This document shows, piece after piece, positions 12,890 to 21,692 of a stretch of 64,000 nucleotides of DNA. The notes under the pieces were generated by a model. The model had not been told where the DNA came from. It ran no database searches and saw only the letters and a program-made list of their open reading frames with translations. Within the stretch, counting starts at the first letter, position 1. Each line of letters opens with the position of its first letter. Origin of the DNA: Gammaproteobacteria bacterium (lineage in GTDB: Bacteria; Pseudomonadota; Gammaproteobacteria; JAJFKO01); assembly GCA_028284465.1 (NCBI GenBank), contig JANQRR010000017.1, positions 27,948-91,947 on the forward strand, read 5' to 3'. The position numbers and the translations under genes are program-made.

Positions 12890-13764
12890 GATGTCTGCCT
12901 TCCTTTAATAATTCTACGTTGATAATCACGTAAAAATTTCTGCCGCAGCAAACCACCAGGATCATCAGGAATTTGATCCAACCATTGTTTTGCTTGCCAA
13001 TCTTTTAACCGTTGCGCACGACTCCGCTTAGGCTTTACTGGTTGTCGTTGCTGCTTTGGTTGTTGTTGTCGCTTTGCCTGTTGTTGTGCTTTGGGTTGTT
13101 GCTGATGTTGTTGCTGCGACTGATCATTACCTTGCTGTGCTGATTGTTTTTGCTGGTTTTGTTGCTGTGACTGATCATTACCTTGCTGTGCTGATTGTTT
13201 TTGCTGATTTTGTTGCTGCGACTGATTATTGCCTTGGTGTTGTGGCTGATTCTTACCTTGCTGTTGTGATTGTTGGCGCTGATTTTGATTTTGCTGTTGT
13301 GGTTTTTTTTGTTGTTGCTTTTGCTGCTGCTTTGGCTGCTGTTGTGGTGGTTGCTGCTGTTTATTTTGTTGTGCTAATAATTTTTTTAATAAATCTCGAT
13401 TATATTTCGCATCGGGATAATTCGCCTGTAATTTAAGTGCTTGTTCATAAGCATTAATCGCAGCACGATACTGGCCTAAATGCGCTAACGCATTGCCACG
13501 ATTGTAATGCGCAAGTGGGGTATTTTCATGCTTTAGCGTAGCTGCTGCTTGTTTATAATGTTTTGCACGATAATTAGCAACAGCACGCCAATCAGGTTGC
13601 TTAAACAATTGCGCTGCTTGTTTAGCATTACCTTTTTTTAATGCTTGTTGCGCTTGTTGATCTGGACGCAACCATAGATCGCGCCACGAAAAAGCAAAGC
13701 TTGTATTAATAAAAAATACACTTACCAAGCAACCAAGACATATATATCTATAATATTTCATCAT
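12886..13764 (-). CDS. batC: BatC-like TPR protein with long Gln-rich low-complexity C-terminal region
   Basis: TPR repeats (ANYRAKHYKQAA...ALAHLGQYRAAINAYEQALKL) then about 120 aa of Q/K/N repeats. Confidence 0.7.
   Translation of the reverse strand: MMKYYRYICLGCLVSVFFINTSFAFSWRDLWLRPDQQAQQALKKGNAKQAAQLFKQPDWRAVANYRAKHYKQAAATLKHENTPLAHYNRGNALAHLGQYRAAINAYEQALKLQANYPDAKYNRDLLKKLLAQQNKQQQPPQQQPKQQQKQQQKKPQQQNQNQRQQSQQQGKNQPQHQGNNQSQQQNQQKQSAQQGNDQSQQQNQQKQSAQQGNDQSQQQHQQQPKAQQQAKRQQQPKQQRQPVKPKRSRAQRLKDWQAKQWLDQIPDDPGGLLRQKFLRDYQRRIIKGRQTS
13111..13260. repeat. 51-nt tandem repeat (about 2.5 copies) inside batC encoding SAQQGNDQSQQQNQQKQ units
   Basis: Direct comparison: ttgctgcgactgatcattaccttgctgtgctgattgtttttgctggttttg repeated at 13111 and 13162, with a diverged third unit. 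Confidence 0.8.
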
Positions 13765-14765
13765 ATTTCTTCAAGCCAGCCACGACGAAATAGCAATAAC
13801 ATCAATAACAATATCGGTAGAATAAAATAACGCCCGCTGTCTTGCCAAATTTTAATATCATGTTGCGTTTGTTTAGCCTTTGCTAGCTGCTGCGTAAATA
13901 AAGAACCGGCTAAAATCCGTTTTAAATCACTATTATCATTAGTAAATTGCGCGTAAATACCGCCGCCTGCATTAGCTAATTTTTGTAATGACGCCTGTGC
14001 TAATTTGCTTACCACAATATTGCCTTTTTTATCTCGCAAAAAATTGCCTGAGCTTAATGGAATTGGCGCACCTTCTCGCGTGCCTACGCCAAGCACAGAA
14101 ATTTTATCACCACGCGCTTTAAGCTTTTTAGCTAATTTTATTGCCGCTGGATCAGCACGATTATAAGTAATTACTATAATATCACCTTTACGCACACCAG
14201 CTTGGGTTAATAATTTAGCCGCAAAGCTTAACGCCCAAGCCATATTGTTGCCAGACACTGGCATGATCTGTGGATCAAGCTCTGGGATCATTGCAGCAAT
14301 GGTATTATTATCTTGAGTGAGAGGCGATACTACGTAAGGCTCCCCACTAAAAGCAATTAAACCTGTTTGACCTTCATGAGTACGTTTTAACAAATCCAAC
14401 AATTTAAATTTTGCCCGTGTTAACCGTGATGGCGCAATATCTTGTGCATACATTGAAGGCGATAAATCAAATACAATGACTCGTGCAGCTTGCGAACGAT
14501 AACTGGGAATAGTAATTTGCTGCCAAGAAGGCCCCGCTAATGCGATGACAGCTAATATCCAAATTAACCCGAGCAATAACAATGGCCACAACAAACGTCG
14601 AGCACGCATATTGATTAATAAATGCGGCAATAAATGTGGATCACATACTTGTTGCCAATTATTAGCATGACGTAAGCGATACGCAATGCCAATCATTAAC
14701 AACGCTAAAGGTATTAAAGCGTAAAACCAATTTGGGCGTAAAAAATGTAAATTACTTAAGTCCAT
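13761..14765 (-). CDS. batB: BatB-like von Willebrand factor A domain membrane protein
   Basis: VIVFDLSPSMYAQD VWA MIDAS motif, N-terminal TM helices. Confidence 0.75.
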   Translation of the reverse strand: MDLSNLHFLRPNWFYALIPLALLMIGIAYRLRHANNWQQVCDPHLLPHLLINMRARRLLWPLLLLGLIWILAVIALAGPSWQQITIPSYRSQAARVIVFDLSPSMYAQDIAPSRLTRAKFKLLDLLKRTHEGQTGLIAFSGEPYVVSPLTQDNNTIAAMIPELDPQIMPVSGNNMAWALSFAAKLLTQAGVRKGDIIVITYNRADPAAIKLAKKLKARGDKISVLGVGTREGAPIPLSSGNFLRDKKGNIVVSKLAQASLQKLANAGGGIYAQFTNDNSDLKRILAGSLFTQQLAKAKQTQHDIKIWQDSGRYFILPILLLMLLLFRRGWLEEI

Positions 14766-15750
14766 ATGTGCGGATCACTCGGGTCATCATTAAAATAATT
14801 GACAATACTAATGCTAGCGCTAACGGCCAAGGATATAATGGCGTAATATTTCGAATTGTGGTACTTGCCGCAGCTACTGGTTCTATTTGATTAATTTGTT
14901 GATATGCTCGCGCTAAGGCACGGGTATTTTTAGCACGAAAATACATACCTCCTGTTATTTTCGCAATTTGTTTTAAAGTTTTTTCATCCAGATCTGCCGA
15001 TGGATTAGTGACTTGATTGCCTAATAATGTTGGCAATACCATCTGATCAGCGCCAATGCCAATAGTGTAGATCCGAATGCCGTATTGTTTTGCTAATTTT
15101 GCCGCAGCTAAGGGTGAGACATGCCCAGAATTATTAACACCATCTGTTAACAACACTAACACTCGGCTTTGTCTAGGACGTTTGCGTAAACGCTTTATTG
15201 CTAAACCGATTGCATCACCAATTGCCGTTTGTGACCCTGCTAAACCAATAGTGGCATCATTTAACATCGTTCGTACCGTTTTACGATCGAACGTTAATGG
15301 GGTTTGCAAATACGCGCGCGAACCAAATAGAATTAAACCCAACTGATCACCTTGACGATGACTAATAAATTCATCAGCAATATATTTCACAATATTTAAG
15401 CGATCAACTCGACGATGATTTAGTTGCATATCTGGAATTTGCATACTTCCAGAAAGATCAATCGCTAACATGATATCGCGACCTTGTCGTGGCAATTGTA
15501 TCGGTTTGCCTAACCAACGCGGCCCACTTGCGGCAAACACGAGCAATGCCCAAATTAAATAAATAACCCACGGTCGTAATCTGATTGTCAGCGAAGCCCA
15601 TGATGACGTTTTTGTAAGGTTAGTAATGGCAGTAAAAAAAGGGACTTTTAATGCGGCACCGGTTTTTACCTTGGCAGCAGGGACCAACCATCGTATTAAT
15701 AATGGCAACGGTAATAACAACAATATTGCTGGCCACGCAAGTTGAAACAT
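14752..15750 (-). CDS. batA: BatA-like von Willebrand factor A domain membrane protein
   Basis: MLAIDLSGSMQIPD...VLLTDGVNNSG VWA motifs. Confidence 0.75.
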   Translation of the reverse strand: MFQLAWPAILLLLPLPLLIRWLVPAAKVKTGAALKVPFFTAITNLTKTSSWASLTIRLRPWVIYLIWALLVFAASGPRWLGKPIQLPRQGRDIMLAIDLSGSMQIPDMQLNHRRVDRLNIVKYIADEFISHRQGDQLGLILFGSRAYLQTPLTFDRKTVRTMLNDATIGLAGSQTAIGDAIGLAIKRLRKRPRQSRVLVLLTDGVNNSGHVSPLAAAKLAKQYGIRIYTIGIGADQMVLPTLLGNQVTNPSADLDEKTLKQIAKITGGMYFRAKNTRALARAYQQINQIEPVAAASTTIRNITPLYPWPLALALVLSIILMMTRVIRTYGLK

Positions 15751-15751
15751 A

Positions 15752-16594
15752 TTACTGCTTGGTACCGTTTTCTTTATGCAAACTATTTAGTGCCCAGTCG
15801 TATTCACTATTAGAAATTGTTGTTATATCTTTGAGCTTAGCTAATAGCTTTGGATCAGCATATAATTTAATAAAAGCGATCACTCCAGCATCAGTGCCAC
15901 CAAAATCAGACATATACCAAATAAATATTTTTGACACTGTTAACGTGCCATCAGCGACGATCACACCGCGTGGATCGTTGATGTATTCACGCGTTGCTGC
16001 ATTTAACATAAGATCGATGTTCTTGCCGACAAACACTTGTTTTTGTAAATTAGGACAGCCATACGATGCACAATTGACTGCAAAATGAATACGAGGATCA
16101 TGCCATATGGGCCGCAAGATCCGATGTTCAATATCATTTAATGATAATGCCACACCCTTAACTTTGACTAATTTCATTTCCCACGGGCCACGCGTGAACA
16201 AAGAAATATTAGGAGAAATATCCATAATACTTGCGACAGGATAATGTTTTAAAATCAAATCTACGGTAGCAATATTATATAAATTAATCCAAAATGCCAT
16301 TTGCACATTACGATTGTAATTATCAATATTGATAGCTTCTAACTTTTTAATAAACTTACTAAGCTGAGCTTTTTCTGCAGCAGTCACCCCTGCATAATTT
16401 ACTAAATTAACACCTTCATCATTAGTGCTAACGTACTTATTTAGGAACTGTTGCCAAGGCTGATAATCAATAGTCTTTGTTGATAATGGATTAAACGCTA
16501 TCCATCGTGGCGATAATTCTTTTTGCGGTGCAGCAATAGCAGCACTAAGACAGAAAATCATAAAGATGCTAATTAATATGCGAGTTAATTTCAT
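15752..16594 (-). CDS. DUF547 family secreted protein inserted in the Bat operon (start chosen at MKLTRIL signal peptide)
   Basis: AFWINLYNIATV...HFAVNCASYGCP pattern characteristic of DUF547; signal peptide. Confidence 0.6.
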   Translation of the reverse strand: MKLTRILISIFMIFCLSAAIAAPQKELSPRWIAFNPLSTKTIDYQPWQQFLNKYVSTNDEGVNLVNYAGVTAAEKAQLSKFIKKLEAINIDNYNRNVQMAFWINLYNIATVDLILKHYPVASIMDISPNISLFTRGPWEMKLVKVKGVALSLNDIEHRILRPIWHDPRIHFAVNCASYGCPNLQKQVFVGKNIDLMLNAATREYINDPRGVIVADGTLTVSKIFIWYMSDFGGTDAGVIAFIKLYADPKLLAKLKDITTISNSEYDWALNSLHKENGTKQ

Positions 16595-16626
16595 AAATAC
16601 ATATCCTTTTTGTACTGGGCCCATAG

Positions 16627-17112
16627 TCAAGCCGCGCGGTGACGGCTATTTATTTTCAATGCATTTAACCATTGTCGCACTAATTGAAACAGTGGTGTTA
16701 ATTCGACTGTTGTTTGATTGCGATAAGGTTCGTCAATAAATACTCGCCCCCGACCATGAGCAAATTCATGAGTACCGCCAACGTCATCTAAAAATTGCAA
16801 CCATGCTGCTCCTTGTAAACCTGCTACTTGATCACGCGGAAAATATGCTAAAGAAACCCGCCGTAATAACATCGATAATTCCATGATAATACCATCTACA
16901 TCTTTATTTTGATAGCGATTTTCTAGCATTTGCACACACGCTAGTGCTTGTTTGCGTGCATGATTGCGACGCTGATATTTTCTCCACCATATGACTGCAC
17001 CACATATTATAAGCGCAATAATGATTACTAAAAACCACCAACCTGGCGCCGGCGGCCAAATAGATATCGCTTTAGGCAAATGAATATCACGTAATTGAGA
17101 CAAACTATCCAT
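16627..17112 (-). CDS. DUF4381-like small membrane protein of MoxR/Bat operons
   Basis: LPKAISIWPPAPGWWFLVIIIALII motif. Confidence 0.6.
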   Translation of the reverse strand: MDSLSQLRDIHLPKAISIWPPAPGWWFLVIIIALIICGAVIWWRKYQRRNHARKQALACVQMLENRYQNKDVDGIIMELSMLLRRVSLAYFPRDQVAGLQGAAWLQFLDDVGGTHEFAHGRGRVFIDEPYRNQTTVELTPLFQLVRQWLNALKINSRHRAA

Positions 17113-18016
17113 GGCGTAACTCTCTTAAGTGTATTCGCAACTTTTCGGTAATATCATCATTGGTGACGATTGACCATAATGGGATCCGTAATTTGCGTAA
17201 TTGTTGTTGCAAGTTTTGCTGTTGTTTCGCAAAATGATCGCGATAAGCTTGGCAAAAAGCCTTATTGCGCGTGTCTAACGCTGCTAAATTTGCACCATTA
17301 CTTACTAAATAACGATCTGCAGCTGGTGGTTCAATTTCTAATGGATCAATGATCTGAATTGCAATAACTTGCTGATGTAAATAAAGTTGATTTAAGGCTT
17401 GCTCAAGCGCTGGATTCAAAGTGTTGAAATCACTAATAATAAATACTGTGCTAGCAGGTCGCGCAAGCAAATCTAATCTTTGTAACGCTTTAGCTAAGCC
17501 ATCTGGATCAGTTGTCGGGGCAGGTGATTGTGAATACTTTGTTAATGTATGTAATAAGTGTAAGGCACTTTGCGCGCGTGAACGAGGCCGACATTGTGTT
17601 AACTGATCATCGGCAAAAACAATGCCGCCAACTCGATCACCTTGCGCCACACCCGCCCATGCTAGCAAGCTAGCAACTTTAGCCGCAATCACTGATTTAA
17701 ACGCTACCTTAGTGCCAAAAAACATGCTGTGACTAAAGTCAGTGACAATAAATAAATTATGTTCGCGTTCTTCACGATAAATTTTAGTATGCGCCGTACC
17801 AGTACGTGCGGTAACTCGCCAATCCATGGTACGAATATCATCGCCAGGTTGATAGGCGCGCACTTCATCAAAATCAATCCCACGCCCGCGAAAACACGAA
17901 ATAATATCACCACTGTGAGAAGCCATGGTACGTTTAGTTCGTGCTAATTGCAACTTGCGTGCTGCATGTCGCAAATTAATTAGCTCAGCTAAACTAACGT
18001 TAACGCCTGTGCTCAT
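17105..18016 (-). CDS. DUF58 (VWA-like) protein partner of MoxR
   Basis: Position immediately after moxR; DUF58-like motifs; classic MoxR-DUF58 pair. Confidence 0.75.
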   Translation of the reverse strand: MSTGVNVSLAELINLRHAARKLQLARTKRTMASHSGDIISCFRGRGIDFDEVRAYQPGDDIRTMDWRVTARTGTAHTKIYREEREHNLFIVTDFSHSMFFGTKVAFKSVIAAKVASLLAWAGVAQGDRVGGIVFADDQLTQCRPRSRAQSALHLLHTLTKYSQSPAPTTDPDGLAKALQRLDLLARPASTVFIISDFNTLNPALEQALNQLYLHQQVIAIQIIDPLEIEPPAADRYLVSNGANLAALDTRNKAFCQAYRDHFAKQQQNLQQQLRKLRIPLWSIVTNDDITEKLRIHLRELRHG

Positions 18017-18020
18017 AAAA

Positions 18021-19016
18021 TTATGGTATCGCTACTTGATTTAATAATTCATCGATAAAATCATCGGTGCTGATCGCTTGCGCTTGTGCTTCATAAGTTA
18101 AAATAATCCGATGTCGTAGCACATCGTGGATCACTGCATGAATATCTTCAGGTGACACATAATCACGATCGTGCAACCATGCATGCGCACGAGCGCAACG
18201 ATCTAAAGCGATAGTACCACGTGGGCTAGCACCAAAACGTACTTGGCTGGCAAGCTCGTCACTATATGCCTTAGCATCTCGTGTAGTAGTGATCAGTCGC
18301 ACCATATATTCAGTTAATGCAGCACTCACATGTAATTGCAACACTTGCTGACGAGCATCAAATAAAATAGTTTGTGGGATCATCGCTTGAGGCTTAACAA
18401 CTTGTTCATAACCTTGTAAAGCTTCTGAATGATTTAATGCTAAGATTTTTTGTTCTGCATCTAGCGGTGGATAATTAATACAAACATACATTAAAAATCG
18501 ATCCAATTGTGCTTCTGGCAATGGATATGTACCTTCTTGCTCAATCGGGTTTTGCGTCGCCATGACTAAAAATAATTGCGGCAGTGAATAGGTTTTTTGC
18601 CCAATCGTCACTTGTCGCTCTGCCATCGCTTCTAACAATGCTGATTGTACTTTCGCTGGAGCACGATTAATTTCATCCGCTAAAATTAAATTATTGAAAA
18701 TTGGCCCTTGTTGAAATTCAAAGCTGCCATTTTGTGGACGATAAATATCAGTTCCAGTAATATCTCCTGGCAACAGATCAGGAGTAAATTGAATACGATG
18801 AAAACTACCTTCAATTGCTACTGCCAATTCTTTAATAGCTTTCGTTTTCGCTAACCCCGGCGCACCTTCGACAAGCAAATGGCCATCGCATAATAATGCT
18901 ATTAGCATGCGTTTAATTAAATCTTGCTGACCGATAATACGCTCATTGAGATGAGCTTGTAATTGATTAAGCGCAGTATACGCTTCACTTGATTGAGAAA
19001 CTTCGACTTGTTGCAT
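18021..19016 (-). CDS. moxR: MoxR-family AAA+ ATPase
   Basis: Walker A GAPGLAKT, LADEINRAPAKVQSALLEAMAERQVT; first codon of the track ORF reads TGG, so start moved to the in-frame ATG. Confidence 0.85.
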   Translation of the reverse strand: MQQVEVSQSSEAYTALNQLQAHLNERIIGQQDLIKRMLIALLCDGHLLVEGAPGLAKTKAIKELAVAIEGSFHRIQFTPDLLPGDITGTDIYRPQNGSFEFQQGPIFNNLILADEINRAPAKVQSALLEAMAERQVTIGQKTYSLPQLFLVMATQNPIEQEGTYPLPEAQLDRFLMYVCINYPPLDAEQKILALNHSEALQGYEQVVKPQAMIPQTILFDARQQVLQLHVSAALTEYMVRLITTTRDAKAYSDELASQVRFGASPRGTIALDRCARAHAWLHDRDYVSPEDIHAVIHDVLRHRIILTYEAQAQAISTDDFIDELLNQVAIP

Positions 19017-19120
19017 TGTCAATTAGCTCCAAATTTAGCTATAGCGGTATTGCTAATGCTAACCTGAAATAAGGAGCCTGACAAATGTCTCACTCAAAAA
19101 TATTCTCTTCGCCAGATTTT

Positions 19121-19900
19121 TTAAGCTAGGCGATCAACATACGCTTGCCAGCCAGCTTGGCGAAATTGTTGCGCTGCTGCTAAAGGATCATCGGCTTGAT
19201 AAATTGCACGACCAACAATAATCACATCACTACCGTTACGGGTAATAACACTTTCCGGAGTATTATATTGTTGACCGATTGCATCAGTATTTTGCTGTAA
19301 TTGCACGCCTGGAGTTAAATGAATGAAACCTGGCTCATCAATGAGTTTCTGTTGCGCAATAAAACCGATAACAAAATCTGCGTGTTGCTTAGCCAAAGCG
19401 ACACTCGCTTGGGTATAATGATCTGTGAAAAAATTATCAGCCGAACTCATTTGCGCTAATAACAACAAGCCGCGTTGCTTTGCTAAACCTACTTGTTTTA
19501 AGCCTGCAATAATTCCCGGGCCTGGAAGAATATGTGCATTAATTATGTCTGCCCATGCCGCGATATGATAAATCCCGTGTTGATATTGATGTTTAACCGT
19601 ATTGCCAATATCAGCAAATTTGCGATCTTCAAAAATTAAGAACTGATGTCGCTTTGCTAATTCGACTAACTGATCAACTAGATCTTGATCGAAATCTTCA
19701 ACGATATCGATATGTGTTTTAAGCACACATAATTCTGGACCAAGTTGATGGGCTAAGGTTAATAATTGTTGTTTACTCGTCACATCAGCAGCTAATGCAA
19801 GATTTGTTTGTTTTTCCGCAATAATAGTTAATAACTTTTTTGCTAATGGATGTTGCGCTAATGTTGCGCGTTGTTCATAGGTTAAATGCGATGTCTTCAT
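19121..19900 (-). CDS. pyrF: Orotidine 5'-phosphate decarboxylase, eukaryote-like (UMP synthase C-domain type)
   Basis: KTHIDI...FLIFEDRKFADIGNTVKHQY...LLLLAQMSS...FVIGFIAQ nearly identical in motif order to yeast URA3. Confidence 0.85.
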   Translation of the reverse strand: MKTSHLTYEQRATLAQHPLAKKLLTIIAEKQTNLALAADVTSKQQLLTLAHQLGPELCVLKTHIDIVEDFDQDLVDQLVELAKRHQFLIFEDRKFADIGNTVKHQYQHGIYHIAAWADIINAHILPGPGIIAGLKQVGLAKQRGLLLLAQMSSADNFFTDHYTQASVALAKQHADFVIGFIAQQKLIDEPGFIHLTPGVQLQQNTDAIGQQYNTPESVITRNGSDVIIVGRAIYQADDPLAAAQQFRQAGWQAYVDRLA

Positions 19901-19902
19901 TT

Positions 19903-20490
19903 TTAAGTAAAGCTCGCAATTGCAGCACGTTCTTCGTCATTTAATTCAACTTGTCGCGGCAATAATTCCAATACTTCTGGCAATGTCATAACCGCATGCA
20001 AATGATAACCCTTATTAACAATATTTTCATTGCCACCTTGGCAACGATCAATAAAAACTACAATATCCTTTACCGCAACGCCTGTTGTTGTTAATAATTC
20101 ACATGTTGTTAATACACTGCCACCACTAGTGATCACATCTTCAACCACTAGACATGTTTGTCCTTTATCAAAGACACCCTCAACCATTTTTTTAGTGCCG
20201 TAATCTTTTTGCTCTTTACGCACTAATAACATTGGCATGTTGTGTTCGAGAGACATACAAGTTGCAATCGGCAATGCAGTGTAAGGAACTCCGCAAATTA
20301 AATCTTTATTAATGCTTGCTACTTGCGCCCACATCGCTGTGGCGATATCACGTAACAAATCTGGATAAGAGACGATTTGGCGCAGATCAATATATACTGG
20401 TGAAGTCGCGCCACTTTTTAAAGTAAAGGTCCCAAACTTTATACCGCCAATTTTATAAAGGCGCTCTAATAAGCGTTTTTTGTCAACCAT
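19903..20490 (-). CDS. pyrE: Orotate phosphoribosyltransferase, eukaryote-like (UMP synthase N-domain type)
   Basis: IKFGTFTLKSGATSPVYIDLRQIVSYPDLL matches the UMPS OPRT domain signature; stop 2 nt before pyrF start. Confidence 0.8.
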   Translation of the reverse strand: MVDKKRLLERLYKIGGIKFGTFTLKSGATSPVYIDLRQIVSYPDLLRDIATAMWAQVASINKDLICGVPYTALPIATCMSLEHNMPMLLVRKEQKDYGTKKMVEGVFDKGQTCLVVEDVITSGGSVLTTCELLTTTGVAVKDIVVFIDRCQGGNENIVNKGYHLHAVMTLPEVLELLPRQVELNDEERAAIASFT

Positions 20491-20569
20491 GATAATCTTT
20501 CAGCTCCTTAATCAAATTTCAGCACAATTGTAACACATTTCAAAAATAACTATGCAAACCAAAAATAGT

Positions 20570-20598
20570 TTGACTTATGTTTCTAACTCTGGTATGAT
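20570..20598 (+). promoter_or_regulatory. Sigma70-type promoter for the carA operon (TTGACT-17 nt-TATGAT)
   Basis: Read directly: ttgact at 20570-20575, tatgat at 20593-20598, about 45 nt upstream of the carA start. Confidence 0.5.
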
Positions 20599-20648
20599 TT
20601 CGCAGTTTTATCTAAATTTCGCTGAAGAGGTATGAACCCACAGTGGCC

Positions 20649-21692
20649 ATGAACGCGGCAAAACTGGTGCTAAAAACCGGAGAGTGTTTTCACGGCTTAT
20701 CTCCCGTTTGGGTAAACAATCCTATTGGTGGTGAAATTGTCTTTAACACTAGCATGGTCGGTTATGTTGAAGCCTTAACTGATCCCTCTTACGCTGGACA
20801 AATTCTTACATTCACCTATCCTTTAATCGGTAACTACGGCGTACCAACAGGTGATGCTTGGCAATCGAAAAAAATCCAAGCTCGCGGCATGGTAGTTTCA
20901 GAACTTGCCGACTTTCACGCTCATCCTGATGCTAAATATTCATTATATGAATGGTGTGAGCAACAAGGCTTACCAATAATCACCGGTGTTGACACTCGCG
21001 CTGTGACTAAAGTGCTACGTCATCAAGGTGTTGTGGCAGGTGCAATCACTCCAGCTGATCAACCATTTACAAACTTCCCAAACATCAATGACACTAACCT
21101 TGTTGCTGATGTGAGCATCACCGCACCACTGGAATATGGCAGTGGCGATAAAACCGTGATCTTAGTAGACTGCGGTATGAAAACCAGCATCCTTAAATGC
21201 TTACAACAATATCCCATCAAAATTAAACGTGTACCTTATAATTATGATTTCACCAGTGAACCCTATGACGGCGTGCTCATCTCTAATGGTCCTGGCGATC
21301 CACAAATGTGTACTGAGACGATCAAAATTTTACAAGCTGCATTAACTAATGCCAAACCAATGTTCGGGATTTGCTTAGGATCACAATTGATGGCATTAGC
21401 GATTGGCGCGCAAACTTACAAACTTGGCTTTGGTCATCGCGCCCAAAATCACCCTTGCATGGATTTAACCAGCGGCCGTTGTTATTTAACGTCACAAAAC
21501 CACGGCTACAGCATTAAAGAAGACACTTTGCCAAACGAATGGAAGGTTTGGTTTAAGCATTTAAATGACGATACGGTACAAGGGATCAGGCATCAGACAT
21601 TGCCACATTTTGCTGTGCAATTTCATCCGGAAGCAATGCCTGGGCCTGTGGATACGCAATGGATATTTGATAAATTTTACCAAACATTATGA
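20649..21692 (+). CDS. carA: Carbamoyl-phosphate synthase small (glutaminase) subunit
   Basis: VFNTSMVGYVEALTDPSYAGQILTFTYPLIGNYG, catalytic GICLGSQ; track start is GTG at 20643. Confidence 0.9.
   Translation: MNAAKLVLKTGECFHGLSPVWVNNPIGGEIVFNTSMVGYVEALTDPSYAGQILTFTYPLIGNYGVPTGDAWQSKKIQARGMVVSELADFHAHPDAKYSLYEWCEQQGLPIITGVDTRAVTKVLRHQGVVAGAITPADQPFTNFPNINDTNLVADVSITAPLEYGSGDKTVILVDCGMKTSILKCLQQYPIKIKRVPYNYDFTSEPYDGVLISNGPGDPQMCTETIKILQAALTNAKPMFGICLGSQLMALAIGAQTYKLGFGHRAQNHPCMDLTSGRCYLTSQNHGYSIKEDTLPNEWKVWFKHLNDDTVQGIRHQTLPHFAVQFHPEAMPGPVDTQWIFDKFYQTL

Noticed and set aside
13056-13436. 126-aa poly-Val ORF (VVVV...) and other track ORFs antisense to annotated genes (for example 1005-1238, 9558-10133, 21766-22404, 35167-36216)
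   Set aside because: They lie wholly inside well-supported genes on the opposite strand and have low-complexity or biased composition mirroring the sense codons. Treated as antisense artefacts.
16626-16643. Third copy of the REP-like element
   Set aside because: Only 15/18 match and it overlaps the last codons of the DUF4381 gene. Kept as a weak observation only.
19085-19129. 14-codon mini-ORF (MSHSKIFSSPDFLS) with a perfect AAGGAG SD in the pyrF-moxR intergenic region
   Set aside because: Opposite strand to both flanking genes, overlaps the pyrF 3' end. Most likely chance; region more plausibly holds the pyrF terminator and moxR promoter.
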